Program-made: the position numbers and the translations under genes
From: Candidatus Obscuribacterales bacterium
GTDB lineage: Bacteria > Cyanobacteriota > Vampirovibrionia > Obscuribacterales > Obscuribacteraceae
DNA length: 64,000 nt
Assembly: GCA_965228855.1 (NCBI GenBank)
Contig: CBDDIJ010000002.1
Span: forward strand, 256,001 to 320,000
Direction of reading: 5' to 3'
Notes under the pieces: model-generated
Databases searched by the model: none
Told to the model about the DNA's origin: nothing
What the model saw: only the letters and a program-made list of their open reading frames with translations
Shown: positions 31,568 to 41,474 of the stretch, one piece after another
How the letters are laid out: every line of letters starts with the position of its first letter
How positions within the stretch are numbered: the first letter of the stretch is position 1

Positions 31568-32270
31568 TTGAGTTTTCCTTCATGCAAGTTGTTATCTTGC
31601 GGTCTGGATGATGCTCAACGCGTCAACGAGACACGTGTACGCGAACCGTGCTCCGACCATCCCACAGCTGTAAGAGATGGAAATTCGGATTTCGGAACGC
31701 GGAGCGGTGATTGGGGAACTAAAAGAGGAACTCGCGGAGGAGACAAAACAAAACACGTAACTTTAGACGCGCGCCTCGGATAGCGCGCAAGAAATGTTTC
31801 TCTATGTAGCTTAGACACCGTAGAAAAATGTCTTTTGCATAATCTCATACAGTTCGCGACAACCCGCGCCCGAGCCAGTTTCTCGGACCCAATAGATAAA
31901 GGGTCTAACCGAATATTACCGACACATGTTCAATTTCTAATCACGCAGAGCTGCGCGAACCTGAGCGTCAATGACCCGAATATCACATCAGCGACGTTTC
32001 TTCATTTTGAAACAGAAGGTGAACAAACACCTCGAGAGCGAGCCCTGACAGCAGTTTCCAGAATCGAACCGAAACCGGACCCCCTGAAGGTATTAAGCAT
32101 TTGAAATGAGCTTTAATTCAAGCACCCGGAGTTTGTAATTTGAGTTACTTCTCAACGTGCCTCATTTAAGTTTAAAACCGATTCGCCCATCAACCAAAAC
32201 AGCCCACAGTCTTCACTCGGATTCATCTACCGAGCGGGGCGCTGTCGCTAGTTCAAGAAAGGTGCTGTCC

Positions 32271-33017
32271 ATGCCACTCTTAAGCGTGCTGGCCCTCGCG
32301 ACCAGCCTGCTCCTGGGTTCGTACTTCGCTCAGCGTCGTATGCCCAAACGCGCCCAGAGCCTCATTCTCGCGCTTTCTTTTCTCACCGGCGCAGCAATCG
32401 CCGTTAATGGCGAGATTCCGTTCGGCTGCCTGATCGCAGCCTCGGGACTCGCTTTTCTCCTCGGCACAATCTGGCGTTCCAACTCAGGTATCGATCCGAA
32501 GGCACGCCCGGAGTACCGTTTCTGTCCCAGTTGCGCCCACAAGCTCGAGCAGCGCGACTTCGAGGGCAAAGCCAAACTTGCCTGCCCGAGCTGCTCTTTC
32601 GTTTATTGGAACAATCCCATAGTCGTCGGAGTTACGCTCGTTCCCTCCGAGGACGGCGATAGCGTCCTCCTCGTCAAACGCGGCGTTGCACCAAAGAAGG
32701 GCTTCTGGTGCCTGCCTGGAGGCTTCGGAGAACCGAACGAACATCCCAAGGAAACCGCCGGCCGCGAAACCGGCGAGGAAGCCACGCTCGATGTCGAAAT
32801 CGACCGTCTCCTTGCTGTCCATGCGGCTCCAGGCTCCAACCAGGCGCTCATCTTCTATCTCGCCAAACCGACGAATGTAAAACCGCAACCCGGCAGCGAC
32901 GCTCTCGAAACGCGCTACTTCCGGCTCGACGACCTGCCTGCCGACATCGCGTTTTCCACTCACCTCGATGTAATCACCGAGTGGAAGAAAGCCTGGCTCG
33001 CACGCAAGTCGGCATAA
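32271..33017 (+). CDS. NUDIX hydrolase with zinc ribbon and N-terminal TM segments
   Basis: FCPSC...CPSC zinc ribbon, NP, Nudix box GGFGEPNEHPKETAGRETGEEA, AFSTH. Confidence 0.9.
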   Translation: MPLLSVLALATSLLLGSYFAQRRMPKRAQSLILALSFLTGAAIAVNGEIPFGCLIAASGLAFLLGTIWRSNSGIDPKARPEYRFCPSCAHKLEQRDFEGKAKLACPSCSFVYWNNPIVVGVTLVPSEDGDSVLLVKRGVAPKKGFWCLPGGFGEPNEHPKETAGRETGEEATLDVEIDRLLAVHAAPGSNQALIFYLAKPTNVKPQPGSDALETRYFRLDDLPADIAFSTHLDVITEWKKAWLARKSA

Positions 33018-33041
33018 ACCGCGGCTTTAGCCAGACTTTGA

Positions 33042-33090
33042 AAGAAGGACCGCAAAACCTGAGGGTGAGCGGTCCTTCTTTTCTTCTTCT
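33042..33090 (+). terminator. Intrinsic terminator
   Basis: AAGAAGGACCGC / GCGGTCCTTCTT stem followed by a T-rich tract. Confidence 0.7.
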
Positions 33091-33122
33091 CAACCGCTGC
33101 TATTTCCCTTCCTTCCCAATCG

Positions 33123-33371
33123 CTACTATATTTTCTCGTACCTCTCGAGCGCTCAAAAGGCACGGATAGCAACACGTTCGAGGATTCAAACACACACAGC
33201 GGCTCTCACTGTCTATGACAGAATGACGAATTTCCGAAAAACCGTCTACGAGCCGTAGACAAACCCAGCCACCTGATCGAACACCAGCGCGTCAGGAAGT
33301 CCGTAAACCGCAAGCTGGCAAGCCTTCCGCCCGCTAGGACATCCCTCCAGAGAAACTAAATCCTAAAGTAG
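33123..33371. repeat. Composite site 5: box B, twin-A, degenerate inverted box B
   Basis: CTACTATATTTTCTCGTA at 33123; 52-bp element 33210-33261; AACTAAATCCTAAAGTAG ending at 33371; offsets 87 and 110. Confidence 0.82.
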
Positions 33372-33775
33372 CAAGTTTGTTAGCGCCAGGTACGCTAGCC
33401 CGGAGCGCTTGAAATCTCTATCACCAGCAGCAATGAAACTCCACTCATAGTGGGATCAGGGCGTCTCTAAAAGCAGGCAGCAAGCGGTTTTTCGCATAAG
33501 AAGAATTAGATGAATTTCTGGTTATAAGCTAGAAAGGTCTGTTTACACTACGCGGGAAAGTTTCGAATCAGAGCGCGCGATTTAATAACCTCAACTCGTT
33601 CCCCCTTATCCCCGAGCTTCAGGTACGTCCCCCACCAAGCCCGGTTCCTCAAAAACAGCTGCAAGTCTTTTCCAGAGAGCGCGAGCTTTCCGGTTGGACA
33701 CGCGTCTATCCAGAGCAAGTGGAGACGCACTGCCGCTGTTTGGTTCACCACAACTCAGTCTGAGGAGATTCACGA

Positions 33776-34207
33776 ATGAAATCCGATTTCTCACGACCCG
33801 AGGGCGTCGAAGAAGACGATAGCGACTTCACATCGATGCTCGAGTACATCCAGCAGGGCGACGAGCAGATGGCGAATCGCGAATTCAGCGATGCCGAAAG
33901 CTCCTACAACGAGGCTCTCTCTGCGGCGTTCGGCTTCTACGGTGCCACCAGTGCGACCGTCCTGCCGCTCGTCCTCAAGCTCGCCGATGCCCAGCTGGCG
34001 GACTGCCAGGACGAAGACCACTTCTCCGACCTGACTCGCACCCTGCAACGCGCACTCGCCGTTGCATCGCTCAAGCACGGTCCGGAGAGCAAGGAGCTCA
34101 TCCCGATCATCGAGAAGCTGATCGCGGTTTACGACCTGCAGGGTGCGCATATGCTCAGCGGCGAACTGCTTCAGCGCCTGCAGGTGCTCAACGAAGTCCA
34201 AGGCTAG
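33776..34207 (+). CDS. Small TPR-like helical protein, paralog 1
   Basis: GAGGAG RBS; TPR-like helices; C-terminal YDLQGAHML. Confidence 0.8.
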   Translation: MKSDFSRPEGVEEDDSDFTSMLEYIQQGDEQMANREFSDAESSYNEALSAAFGFYGATSATVLPLVLKLADAQLADCQDEDHFSDLTRTLQRALAVASLKHGPESKELIPIIEKLIAVYDLQGAHMLSGELLQRLQVLNEVQG

Positions 34208-34429
34208 ACGCGCACACCACTCGTGGTGCACCCGAGAGTTCGAGCAAGCACGACACGTCAGGCGCTCCCAGAGCGCTCACGACACGCCACCATCTGCGGT
34301 GCCCTTGCGTTGGCATCACCGCCGGCGCATGCGTCAATTCTGATCCTTCCGCTGTCGCATTCCAAGCAGCGGTCACTCCCATGCACAAGCTGATGCTGTG
34401 CAGATAACAACGTAGAAAGGAGAAATACA

Positions 34430-34843
34430 GTGGCTTCAAAGTATTCCGCCGCCACCGTCGCCGAGACAGTCGCCAGTGGCGACAAGATGTTCGAAGACGG
34501 TCAGTTCTACCAGGCAGCCGCCAAGTACCAGGAAGCGTTCGTCATCCAGATCCAGCTCAACAACGGTAAGGTCGGAGCGTCCGACAAGCCGCTGATGGAG
34601 AAGATCTTCGACGCCAATATGGCCGGGTCCTTCACCTACCCGCAGCTCATGGCGAGCTGCCTGAAGATGGCGCGCACCATCCTCTTCCTCGCCGAGCGCG
34701 AACACGGCATCGACTCGCCGGAGCTCATCCAGCCGCTCGAACGCCTGGTCACGCTCTACGACCTCGACGGCGCGCATATGCTCGCCATCGAAGTGAAGCA
34801 GCGCATCGACGACATTCGCGCGCAGCAACAATCCGCAGTCTGA
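34430..34843 (+). CDS. Small TPR-like helical protein, paralog 2
   Basis: AAGGAG RBS, GTG start; YDLDGAHMLAIEVKQRIDDI. Confidence 0.82.
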   Translation: MASKYSAATVAETVASGDKMFEDGQFYQAAAKYQEAFVIQIQLNNGKVGASDKPLMEKIFDANMAGSFTYPQLMASCLKMARTILFLAEREHGIDSPELIQPLERLVTLYDLDGAHMLAIEVKQRIDDIRAQQQSAV

Positions 34844-34893
34844 GCGGTTTCCGCTTCAATCCCGTTTCACCATAACTCAGATAGGAAACCAGT

Positions 34894-35310
34894 ATGACCA
34901 CACAATCGATCAACGATAAGGCGCAGGCCTCCATCGCCAGCGGTGATGAATCGTTCGCGGCCGGCAAGTTCGACAACGCCAAGTCGGCTTACGAGCAGGC
35001 TTACCAGACCCTGTACGGCGCCTATGGCTACAACAACCCGATTCTCGTTCCCGTCCTCCGCAAGCTCGTCGCGGTTCACTACTCGAAGAACGCGCAGGGC
35101 TCCTCCAGCGCGATGAAGGAGATGGGCAAGTACCTGAAGATCGAGCTCGCCATCCTGCAGCATGCGCACGGTGTGCGCGCCGCGGAGCTCATCCCGACGC
35201 TCGAGCAGCTCGTCATCTTCTACGACTTCGACGGCGCGCACATGCTCGCGGTCGAGGTGCTGCAGCGCATCGACGACATCAAGGCCAACCTCGAAGCAGG
35301 GCAGGACTGA
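34894..35310 (+). CDS. Small TPR-like helical protein, paralog 3
   Basis: AGGA RBS; YDFDGAHMLAVEVLQRIDDI. Confidence 0.82.
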   Translation: MTTQSINDKAQASIASGDESFAAGKFDNAKSAYEQAYQTLYGAYGYNNPILVPVLRKLVAVHYSKNAQGSSSAMKEMGKYLKIELAILQHAHGVRAAELIPTLEQLVIFYDFDGAHMLAVEVLQRIDDIKANLEAGQD

Positions 35311-35405
35311 ACTGAATCCTCCCAACCGCCAAATCCAGGCGGCATCTTAGTTCACTTCCCATGCGGTTTTACAACCGCATTCACCCCCAATATCGAGGTA
35401 GCACT

Positions 35406-38400
35406 ATGAGAATTCTAAACCGAATACTGCTACCGCTGGTGGTGGCACTGATCGCTCTGGCGTCAGCTACTACCGCGATGGCTCAGAGTTCACAGACGTG
35501 GATGCCGGCGTTCAATCCCGACCAACACGTCTACATCGACCAGAAGCTTTCGGAACACGGCTCGAAGCCCGTGAGCCTGCCGAATCTTCCGTCCGCAATC
35601 GAGCAGGCGCAAACGGTTCACAACCTCAAGATCTATGTCGTCGCCACCGAACAGGGCACCGAGAGCGACGCATCATCGTCGCTCGCCGCCAAGAAGCTCG
35701 ACGAGTTGATCTTGCGATGGAGCAACGACGCGAATTTCCCCAAGGATGACTATCTCGTCATCATGTGGGTGCGCTTCAAGGACGACCCCGCCCGCGGCTC
35801 CGTCGCGGCGAACGGTGGCAACCGGCTTCGCGCCTACGGCATGTCGGCAAGCCACTTCAGCTCCGACAGCGGACCGGTCATTCCCGTGCTCAAGCAGCAC
35901 ATGCGCGAACGCCCGGAACTGGCACTGACGACCATCATCAGCAACGTCAACCAGGAAGTGACCAGCGCGATCGCCTCGGCGCAAGCCGCGAAGGAGCGCC
36001 AGGAAGCGCTTAAGGAGCTGCCCGGCATCCTGCTCAAGTGGGGCTCGCTTCTCGCCGCCCTCGGGCTCGGCATCTTCTTGACGTTGCGCTCGTCCAGGTG
36101 GAGCGGTCGGGCAAAGCTGCTGCGAAACCGTTTCGAAAACAACCTGCACGCAGTCGGCGAACAGCTCGCCAAGCTGAAAGCCGATCATGGTCAGTTTCTG
36201 CACGACCAGGCGAACTGGGCGAATCGGTTCAAGGGCGCGTCGCTCGAAAAATTGACTGCGGGCTTCCAGGCTTACAGCGAACTGCTCTCGGTGCATGCCG
36301 CGACATCTGCTCGACTGGCGGATTCCGACAAGGCGCGCCGCAAGCACTGGTTTCCGCGCATCCAGGGCAGTCTCGACGCTATCGAGCTGCTGAGCGAGAA
36401 ACCGATCGTGGTTTCGAGCAAAGCAATCGAACTCGAGATGGCGACGCTCTTCGGCGGTCTCACCGTCGACAAGACGGTCGAGCCGGGCAAGGTGTTCGCC
36501 AACGGCAGCGCTTTGTTCGAGACGGCAGATGCCGCGCTCACCGAGATCAAGCGTTGCATCGAAGTCAGCGAAACGGCACTCGCCACCGTCGGCGACACCA
36601 TCCTCTGGGTGGACGGTCAGCATGGGCGTTTCGAACAGGAACGGCTGACGCTGGCTCCCTATCAGTCGATGCTCGAACAGCTGGTCGCCGAGCGCAACCA
36701 GTTCAAGTCCGACGCGTTCACCGACCCGGTGACGCTGATTCTGGAAGTGCCCGGACTCACCGGTCTGGCTGCCGAGCTGAAGGCGACCATCGAAGAAGCG
36801 TTCAAGATCGCAGACAACATCGAAGCCGCCGGTCAACTGATCGGCGAAACCGTCAAGCGCGTCGAAGAGTTGCGCAAGACCGGCGTCGATTATCGCTTCT
36901 TCGGCTCCGAACCCCGAGTGCTCGACAAGCGCTATCGCCTCGACGAAGAAGGCGGAAACCCGGATCCCGTAATCCACGAAGCCGCCGGGCTGTTGATGCG
37001 AGCCTTCAACTTGCTCTACGCCGGCGCACTCGATCCGGCTACCGACAAGCTGGAGGATGCGCGACTCCGGCGAGAAGACGCCATCAAGGTCATCGACCGA
37101 GTCTTCGCCGCCAAGGCGAAGGTCGAGGCCGACGCGCACCTGGTGGGCGAAACCAAAGGCGCGCTCGACAAGGAAGTTAAGAGCGCCCGCGAAGCGCTCG
37201 CGATTCTCCAGCGTGACTTCCTCCCGGTCAACTTCCCGAACGCAGCCGGCGACTGCGCCGACGTCGACGTCACCATCGAGGTGGCTCTCGACCTGTTCGC
37301 GAAGGCAAGAAGCGCGTACGACCGCCAGTTCTACTTGCAGGCAGCCGGTCTGCTCAAGGAGAGCATCGACGAAATCGCCGCGGCGCGCTCGAAGTGCGCT
37401 GCCGTAGAAGAGCTTCTGGCAACGCTTACGAGCAATCGTGAGGAGAGCCGCAAGTTCGTTCCGGAAGCACGCGCGCACGCCGATCGACTCGGGCGCCTGC
37501 TCAAGGAGCGCGACTTCACGACATCGGCTGCAACCGATGCGGACCTGGCTCGCGCCGTCAAGGAAACAGTCGCGCTCGAGGCGATCGTCGTCCAGCCCAT
37601 CTCTGATTGGGTTGACGCTCACAAGCGTGCAACCGGTTTGAAAGAGAAACTGGTCGAGATCGAAACCGCCTGCGACGAACAGTTCCGGCTCTACGAAGAG
37701 ACCTACGAGCTGATCGGTACCCTGCCGGCGGACGTCGAAAGCGCGTATCTCGCCATCAACGAGAACACGCTTCCTCCCGCACGCGAAGCGCATGCGGAGG
37801 CGGCGGGCGAACTCGAGGCGCTCTCCTGCGCCGTCGACAAGCCCAAGAGCGACTGGAAGGCATTGAACGAACGCGCGGTCAAAGCGCACGCGCTCTGCCA
37901 GATTTGCCGCTCGAAGGCTGCTTCCGACGACCACAACCACAAGCAAGCGGCACTGCATCTGGCGTACTGCAAAGTGCGCTCGCGTCGCTTCGCTCGCCGC
38001 AAGCACAAGTACCTGACCGAAGCAAATCGGCTTTATGCCGAGGCGCAGACCGCGTTCACCAAACGCGACTGGGCGGGCGCTTCCAAGTCGGCTGTGGCGG
38101 CCTACAAAGAGTTTCTTAAGTTCGACAGGCATCAGAAGCGTCGAACCGCGACCCTCGTGGTCAAGGACGCTCCTGGCGGCGGCTCGGCATCCTCGCGGCC
38201 ATCCGCGTCCGGAAGCACCGCAGCTTCGGATGACGGCTACTCCACGGGCATCGCCATTGCCATCGGCATGAGCATGGGCTCAGGCAACCCGCAGCCTGCA
38301 AGCTCGGGCTCGTCGTCGTCGAGTTCGTCGAGTTCGTCGTCGAGCTCCTCGTCCGGCTCCTCCTACACGCCCAGCTACAGTTCCGACTCCGGCGGCTCGA

Positions 38401-38462
38401 GCATCAGCATCAGCTCGGGCGGCGGCGACTTCGGAGGTGGCTCCGGCGGCGGCGGCTACTAG
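35406..38462 (+). CDS. Large membrane protein: signal peptide, TPM-like domain, TM, long helical/coiled-coil region, Ser/Gly-rich tail
   Basis: GAGG RBS; signal peptide ending AMA-Q; TM WGSLLAALGLGIFLTL; tail SSSS...GGGDFGGGSGGGGY; TPM assignment is inference. Confidence 0.85.
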   Translation: MRILNRILLPLVVALIALASATTAMAQSSQTWMPAFNPDQHVYIDQKLSEHGSKPVSLPNLPSAIEQAQTVHNLKIYVVATEQGTESDASSSLAAKKLDELILRWSNDANFPKDDYLVIMWVRFKDDPARGSVAANGGNRLRAYGMSASHFSSDSGPVIPVLKQHMRERPELALTTIISNVNQEVTSAIASAQAAKERQEALKELPGILLKWGSLLAALGLGIFLTLRSSRWSGRAKLLRNRFENNLHAVGEQLAKLKADHGQFLHDQANWANRFKGASLEKLTAGFQAYSELLSVHAATSARLADSDKARRKHWFPRIQGSLDAIELLSEKPIVVSSKAIELEMATLFGGLTVDKTVEPGKVFANGSALFETADAALTEIKRCIEVSETALATVGDTILWVDGQHGRFEQERLTLAPYQSMLEQLVAERNQFKSDAFTDPVTLILEVPGLTGLAAELKATIEEAFKIADNIEAAGQLIGETVKRVEELRKTGVDYRFFGSEPRVLDKRYRLDEEGGNPDPVIHEAAGLLMRAFNLLYAGALDPATDKLEDARLRREDAIKVIDRVFAAKAKVEADAHLVGETKGALDKEVKSAREALAILQRDFLPVNFPNAAGDCADVDVTIEVALDLFAKARSAYDRQFYLQAAGLLKESIDEIAAARSKCAAVEELLATLTSNREESRKFVPEARAHADRLGRLLKERDFTTSAATDADLARAVKETVALEAIVVQPISDWVDAHKRATGLKEKLVEIETACDEQFRLYEETYELIGTLPADVESAYLAINENTLPPAREAHAEAAGELEALSCAVDKPKSDWKALNERAVKAHALCQICRSKAASDDHNHKQAALHLAYCKVRSRRFARRKHKYLTEANRLYAEAQTAFTKRDWAGASKSAVAAYKEFLKFDRHQKRRTATLVVKDAPGGGSASSRPSASGSTAASDDGYSTGIAIAIGMSMGSGNPQPASSGSSSSSSSSSSSSSSSGSSYTPSYSSDSGGSSISISSGGGDFGGGSGGGGY

Positions 38463-38468
38463 TTTTTA

Positions 38469-38506
38469 CCGGTCCGGAACGCATGTCGTTCCGGACCGGG
38501 TCTTTC
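38469..38506 (+). terminator. Terminator hairpin
   Basis: Perfect 13-bp stem CCGGTCCGGAACG / CGTTCCGGACCGG. Confidence 0.8.
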
Positions 38507-38516
38507 TTCACTTTCC

Positions 38517-38798
38517 CTACTATAGAAGACAGTCCATGCGAAGTCCACAGAGCTTTGAATAGACAGCATTTAGAGGAGCTCCCCTGCAAAACCGGTAAAG
38601 TTTGTCTACGCTTGTATGACGCAATTGCCAAATTCCGTCGCTCTCAGATAGCCAAACCCACCGTTTTCAATTCCTCGCAAATATTGAATCCACCAAAAAC
38701 CGCTGCCTATAACGATCCGAACAAAACACCGATACCATCGCATCTAGTAGTATCGCTGTCGACCCGAACAAAAACGCAGATACCATCGCATCTAGTAG
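38517..38798. repeat. Composite site 6: box B, twin-A, inverted box B x2 (48-bp duplication)
   Basis: CTACTATAGAAGACAGTC at 38517; 52-bp element 38603-38654; TACCATCGCATCTAGTAG ending at 38750 and 38798; offsets 86 and 96. Confidence 0.88.
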
Positions 38799-38894
38799 TT
38801 AAAGTTTGAAAACGGAAAGAGCAAGGGTTTCCCCTTGCTCCTCCGTGCGACTAGGAGTCAATCATCGGCGCATCGCGACACCGATGAAGTCCGC

Positions 38895-39746
38895 TCACAT
38901 CCCGCGACGGGTGAGGATGATGCGGTCGCCGTCGGTGCCGGCGATCTTCACCTTGCAGCGACCGACGGAGCGCGCGGCCGGCGGCACCTCGTTGGACGGC
39001 AGGTAGCCGACGATCGGGGCGTTCGACGGGCCGAAGGTGACCTCGACGAAGTTGCCGACGGACTTGCCCAGGGTGCCCAGCTTCGCGCGGTTGTCGGCGA
39101 GCGTGGACTCGAGAGCCGCCTGGTTGGCGCGCTTGGTCTCGGCGACGAGCGTCAGCGCGATGTTGAGGTCCTTGCGCGGGTCGGCGTCGGGGCGGATGCT
39201 CAGCACCTCGGCGGTGATCGCGTCGCCGACCGAAAGGTTGGCGATGAAGCGGTCACGGCTCGAGCGGTCGGAACCCGGCACGTTGATGGCGTGCAGGATG
39301 GCCTGATAGCCCGCGGCGGCGCCGTCGGCGATGGTCACCAGCGCGAAGTCCTTGCGGACCTCCTTGACGGTGACATCGACGGTCGAGCCGACCTCGTCCT
39401 CGCTGCAGCCCTTGAGCGCGGCGAGCACGCCGGCGTCCTGGAGCGTGCGCTCGCTGACACGGATGCGCATGCGGTTGGACTTGTCGCCCTCGGCTGGCGC
39501 CTTGATGTCGATGACCTCGACGGTGATCTCGGTCTTCAGCGCGGCAGCCTTGCGGCGGGCCTTGCGGTTGCTGTGGGTGCCGCCCGAGAACTGGTCGTCC
39601 TTGAGCAGCGTCATCTCGTCACCGACCTTGACCAGGACGCCGTAGTCGAGCGCCTTGTGGACGACGCCGGTCACGATCTGGCCGACGACGAGGTTGGTGG
39701 ACGGGGTGGTAGCGGTGGTGGTGGTGGTGGTGGTAGCGTTCGTCAT
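38895..39746 (-). CDS. S1 RNA-binding domain protein (two S1 domains plus a partial one)
   Basis: GGAGG RBS; VGQIVTGVVHKALDYGVLV and VGSTVDVTVKEVRKDFALV...LH...LSVGDAITAEVLSI. Confidence 0.85.
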   Translation of the reverse strand: MTNATTTTTTTATTPSTNLVVGQIVTGVVHKALDYGVLVKVGDEMTLLKDDQFSGGTHSNRKARRKAAALKTEITVEVIDIKAPAEGDKSNRMRIRVSERTLQDAGVLAALKGCSEDEVGSTVDVTVKEVRKDFALVTIADGAAAGYQAILHAINVPGSDRSSRDRFIANLSVGDAITAEVLSIRPDADPRKDLNIALTLVAETKRANQAALESTLADNRAKLGTLGKSVGNFVEVTFGPSNAPIVGYLPSNEVPPAARSVGRCKVKIAGTDGDRIILTRRGM

Positions 39747-40382
39747 ATGACTTTCCTCCGGATACGGGTTGATTGGTCGCCGCGGTGCACTCGCAGCTAA
39801 ACCGGTAACAGGAATCAGCCTGCTCAACCTTGAGCAGACCGGTGACAGAAGCTCAACAGGTTCCGTAGCCCATCGAACTCCTTTGCCTCTCTACGACCAA
39901 AAACGCGCCCCGAACTGAAAGCTCTCCCCACTGTTGCGCGAAAAGCGCATGTGAATTTGCACGAGGCAGTGATTCAGCTAGTGGTTGTGAGGTTTGAGCA
40001 GTTGTTCGGAACGAATTAAGGGTTTACAAGAGGTAACTGACCCTAACCATTAGGGGCGTGGAGTTCCAAGTTAAACCTGGTGGGAATTGCAGGCTCTTTT
40101 CTCAAGATCTAAACCAATATCATCGGCATTGAATGCCGCAAAGCCTCTGCGGCTAAGACATTCGAGCTAGACCAGCCGAATCTCGCACCAAGATTAAACC
40201 GAGTTTAACGGCTCGCGCACCTCGCGCTCCGTTTAATCTCCGCCGCTATCGCACGCTCGCGTGAAGCGGTTCCAGAATACGCCGACAACAAAAAGGCGAA
40301 TATCAAGTTTGCTCTCGAATGAACCAATGCCGACAGCCAAATATGCTTCGAACAATCCGGAACATAACAGCTTTGCTCACAA

Positions 40383-41276
40383 CTACTTCAATGACGACTC
40401 AGACAATGTCGGATGAAGGTTAAAGGCATCTGTCACAGGCTTACCATCAATATCACCCGGCAAAGGTATATCCAGCAACCAGAGCGCCGTTGCAGCGGTA
40501 TCATATGTGGTGACTTTCTTGTCAATTTTATAGTCAGGTTTGACACCGCAGCCCCATACAATCCAGGGAATTGTCATGTCTTCAGGACTATTGCTGCCGT
40601 GAGTTTTGGCGTGGCCACCGTGATCCGCGCTCAAGATAACAACGCTGTCATCCTCAATTCCCGCATCCTTGATCGCGTCTACTATGATTTTTAACGCCTT
40701 ATCCTGTTCCTCGAACGCCTCGATCTGCTGCGGTGAGCCCCATCCGTAGGTGTGTCCGGCGCTATCGGAGTCGGCAAAGTGAATGAAACATAGATTCGGT
40801 TTTCTCGCCTTGATGTAATCGGCAGCGGCGATTGCAGAATCGATCGAGCGATAAGATGGCAAAGAAAAATTGTTGAGACTTTTCGCCTGATACAGGTGAA
40901 TGAACTTGGGTTTGTTCACGAACATCGCTGTTGTGAGTTTATTATCCTTAGCCAGTTTGAAAATCGTTGGAGAAGTAATCATGCCTCTCTGCGGCTCCCA
41001 GTCATTCCACAAAACTTTGTGCTTGTTCGGTCCGTAGCCAGTCAGCATCGAGGTGTGCGAAGTGAGAGTGATACTCGGGTAAATTGTCTGCGCATCCCAG
41101 GTGACGGCGCCCTTTTTCGCCAGCTTCATCAATTCCGGCATCTTGCACTCTTTCATAACAGCAGGTTTTCCGCCGTCATAACTGATTATGAAAACGTGCT
41201 CCGCCTTTCTCTCAGCCGACGCCGGACTGCACGCCGCAAAACTAATTACGAATAAAGCCGATAGAAACCTGCGCAT
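40383..41276 (-). CDS. Exported alkaline phosphatase superfamily protein (nucleotide pyrophosphatase/phosphodiesterase type)
   Basis: ISYDG, PSITLTSHTSMLTG, DSAGH, LSADHGG; signal peptide; AGGAG RBS. Confidence 0.9.
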   Translation of the reverse strand: MRRFLSALFVISFAACSPASAERKAEHVFIISYDGGKPAVMKECKMPELMKLAKKGAVTWDAQTIYPSITLTSHTSMLTGYGPNKHKVLWNDWEPQRGMITSPTIFKLAKDNKLTTAMFVNKPKFIHLYQAKSLNNFSLPSYRSIDSAIAAADYIKARKPNLCFIHFADSDSAGHTYGWGSPQQIEAFEEQDKALKIIVDAIKDAGIEDDSVVILSADHGGHAKTHGSNSPEDMTIPWIVWGCGVKPDYKIDKKVTTYDTAATALWLLDIPLPGDIDGKPVTDAFNLHPTLSESSLK

Positions 41277-41474
41277 GTTAGTGACTCCTGACTTGAGCAT
41301 CCGCTCTGGCTGACGACCGGTTTGCATGGTGCCAGCAAATCTACTTTAGCCGGTTTCGCTGTCCCCATCTCGTTTTGGAACTGCAGAAACAGCTTCGAAG
41401 TGACACCAACAAGCCTCCATGCTATGTTGTTTGTCGCCCGCAGCAAATATTATACGTGGCAACCCAAAGAAACA

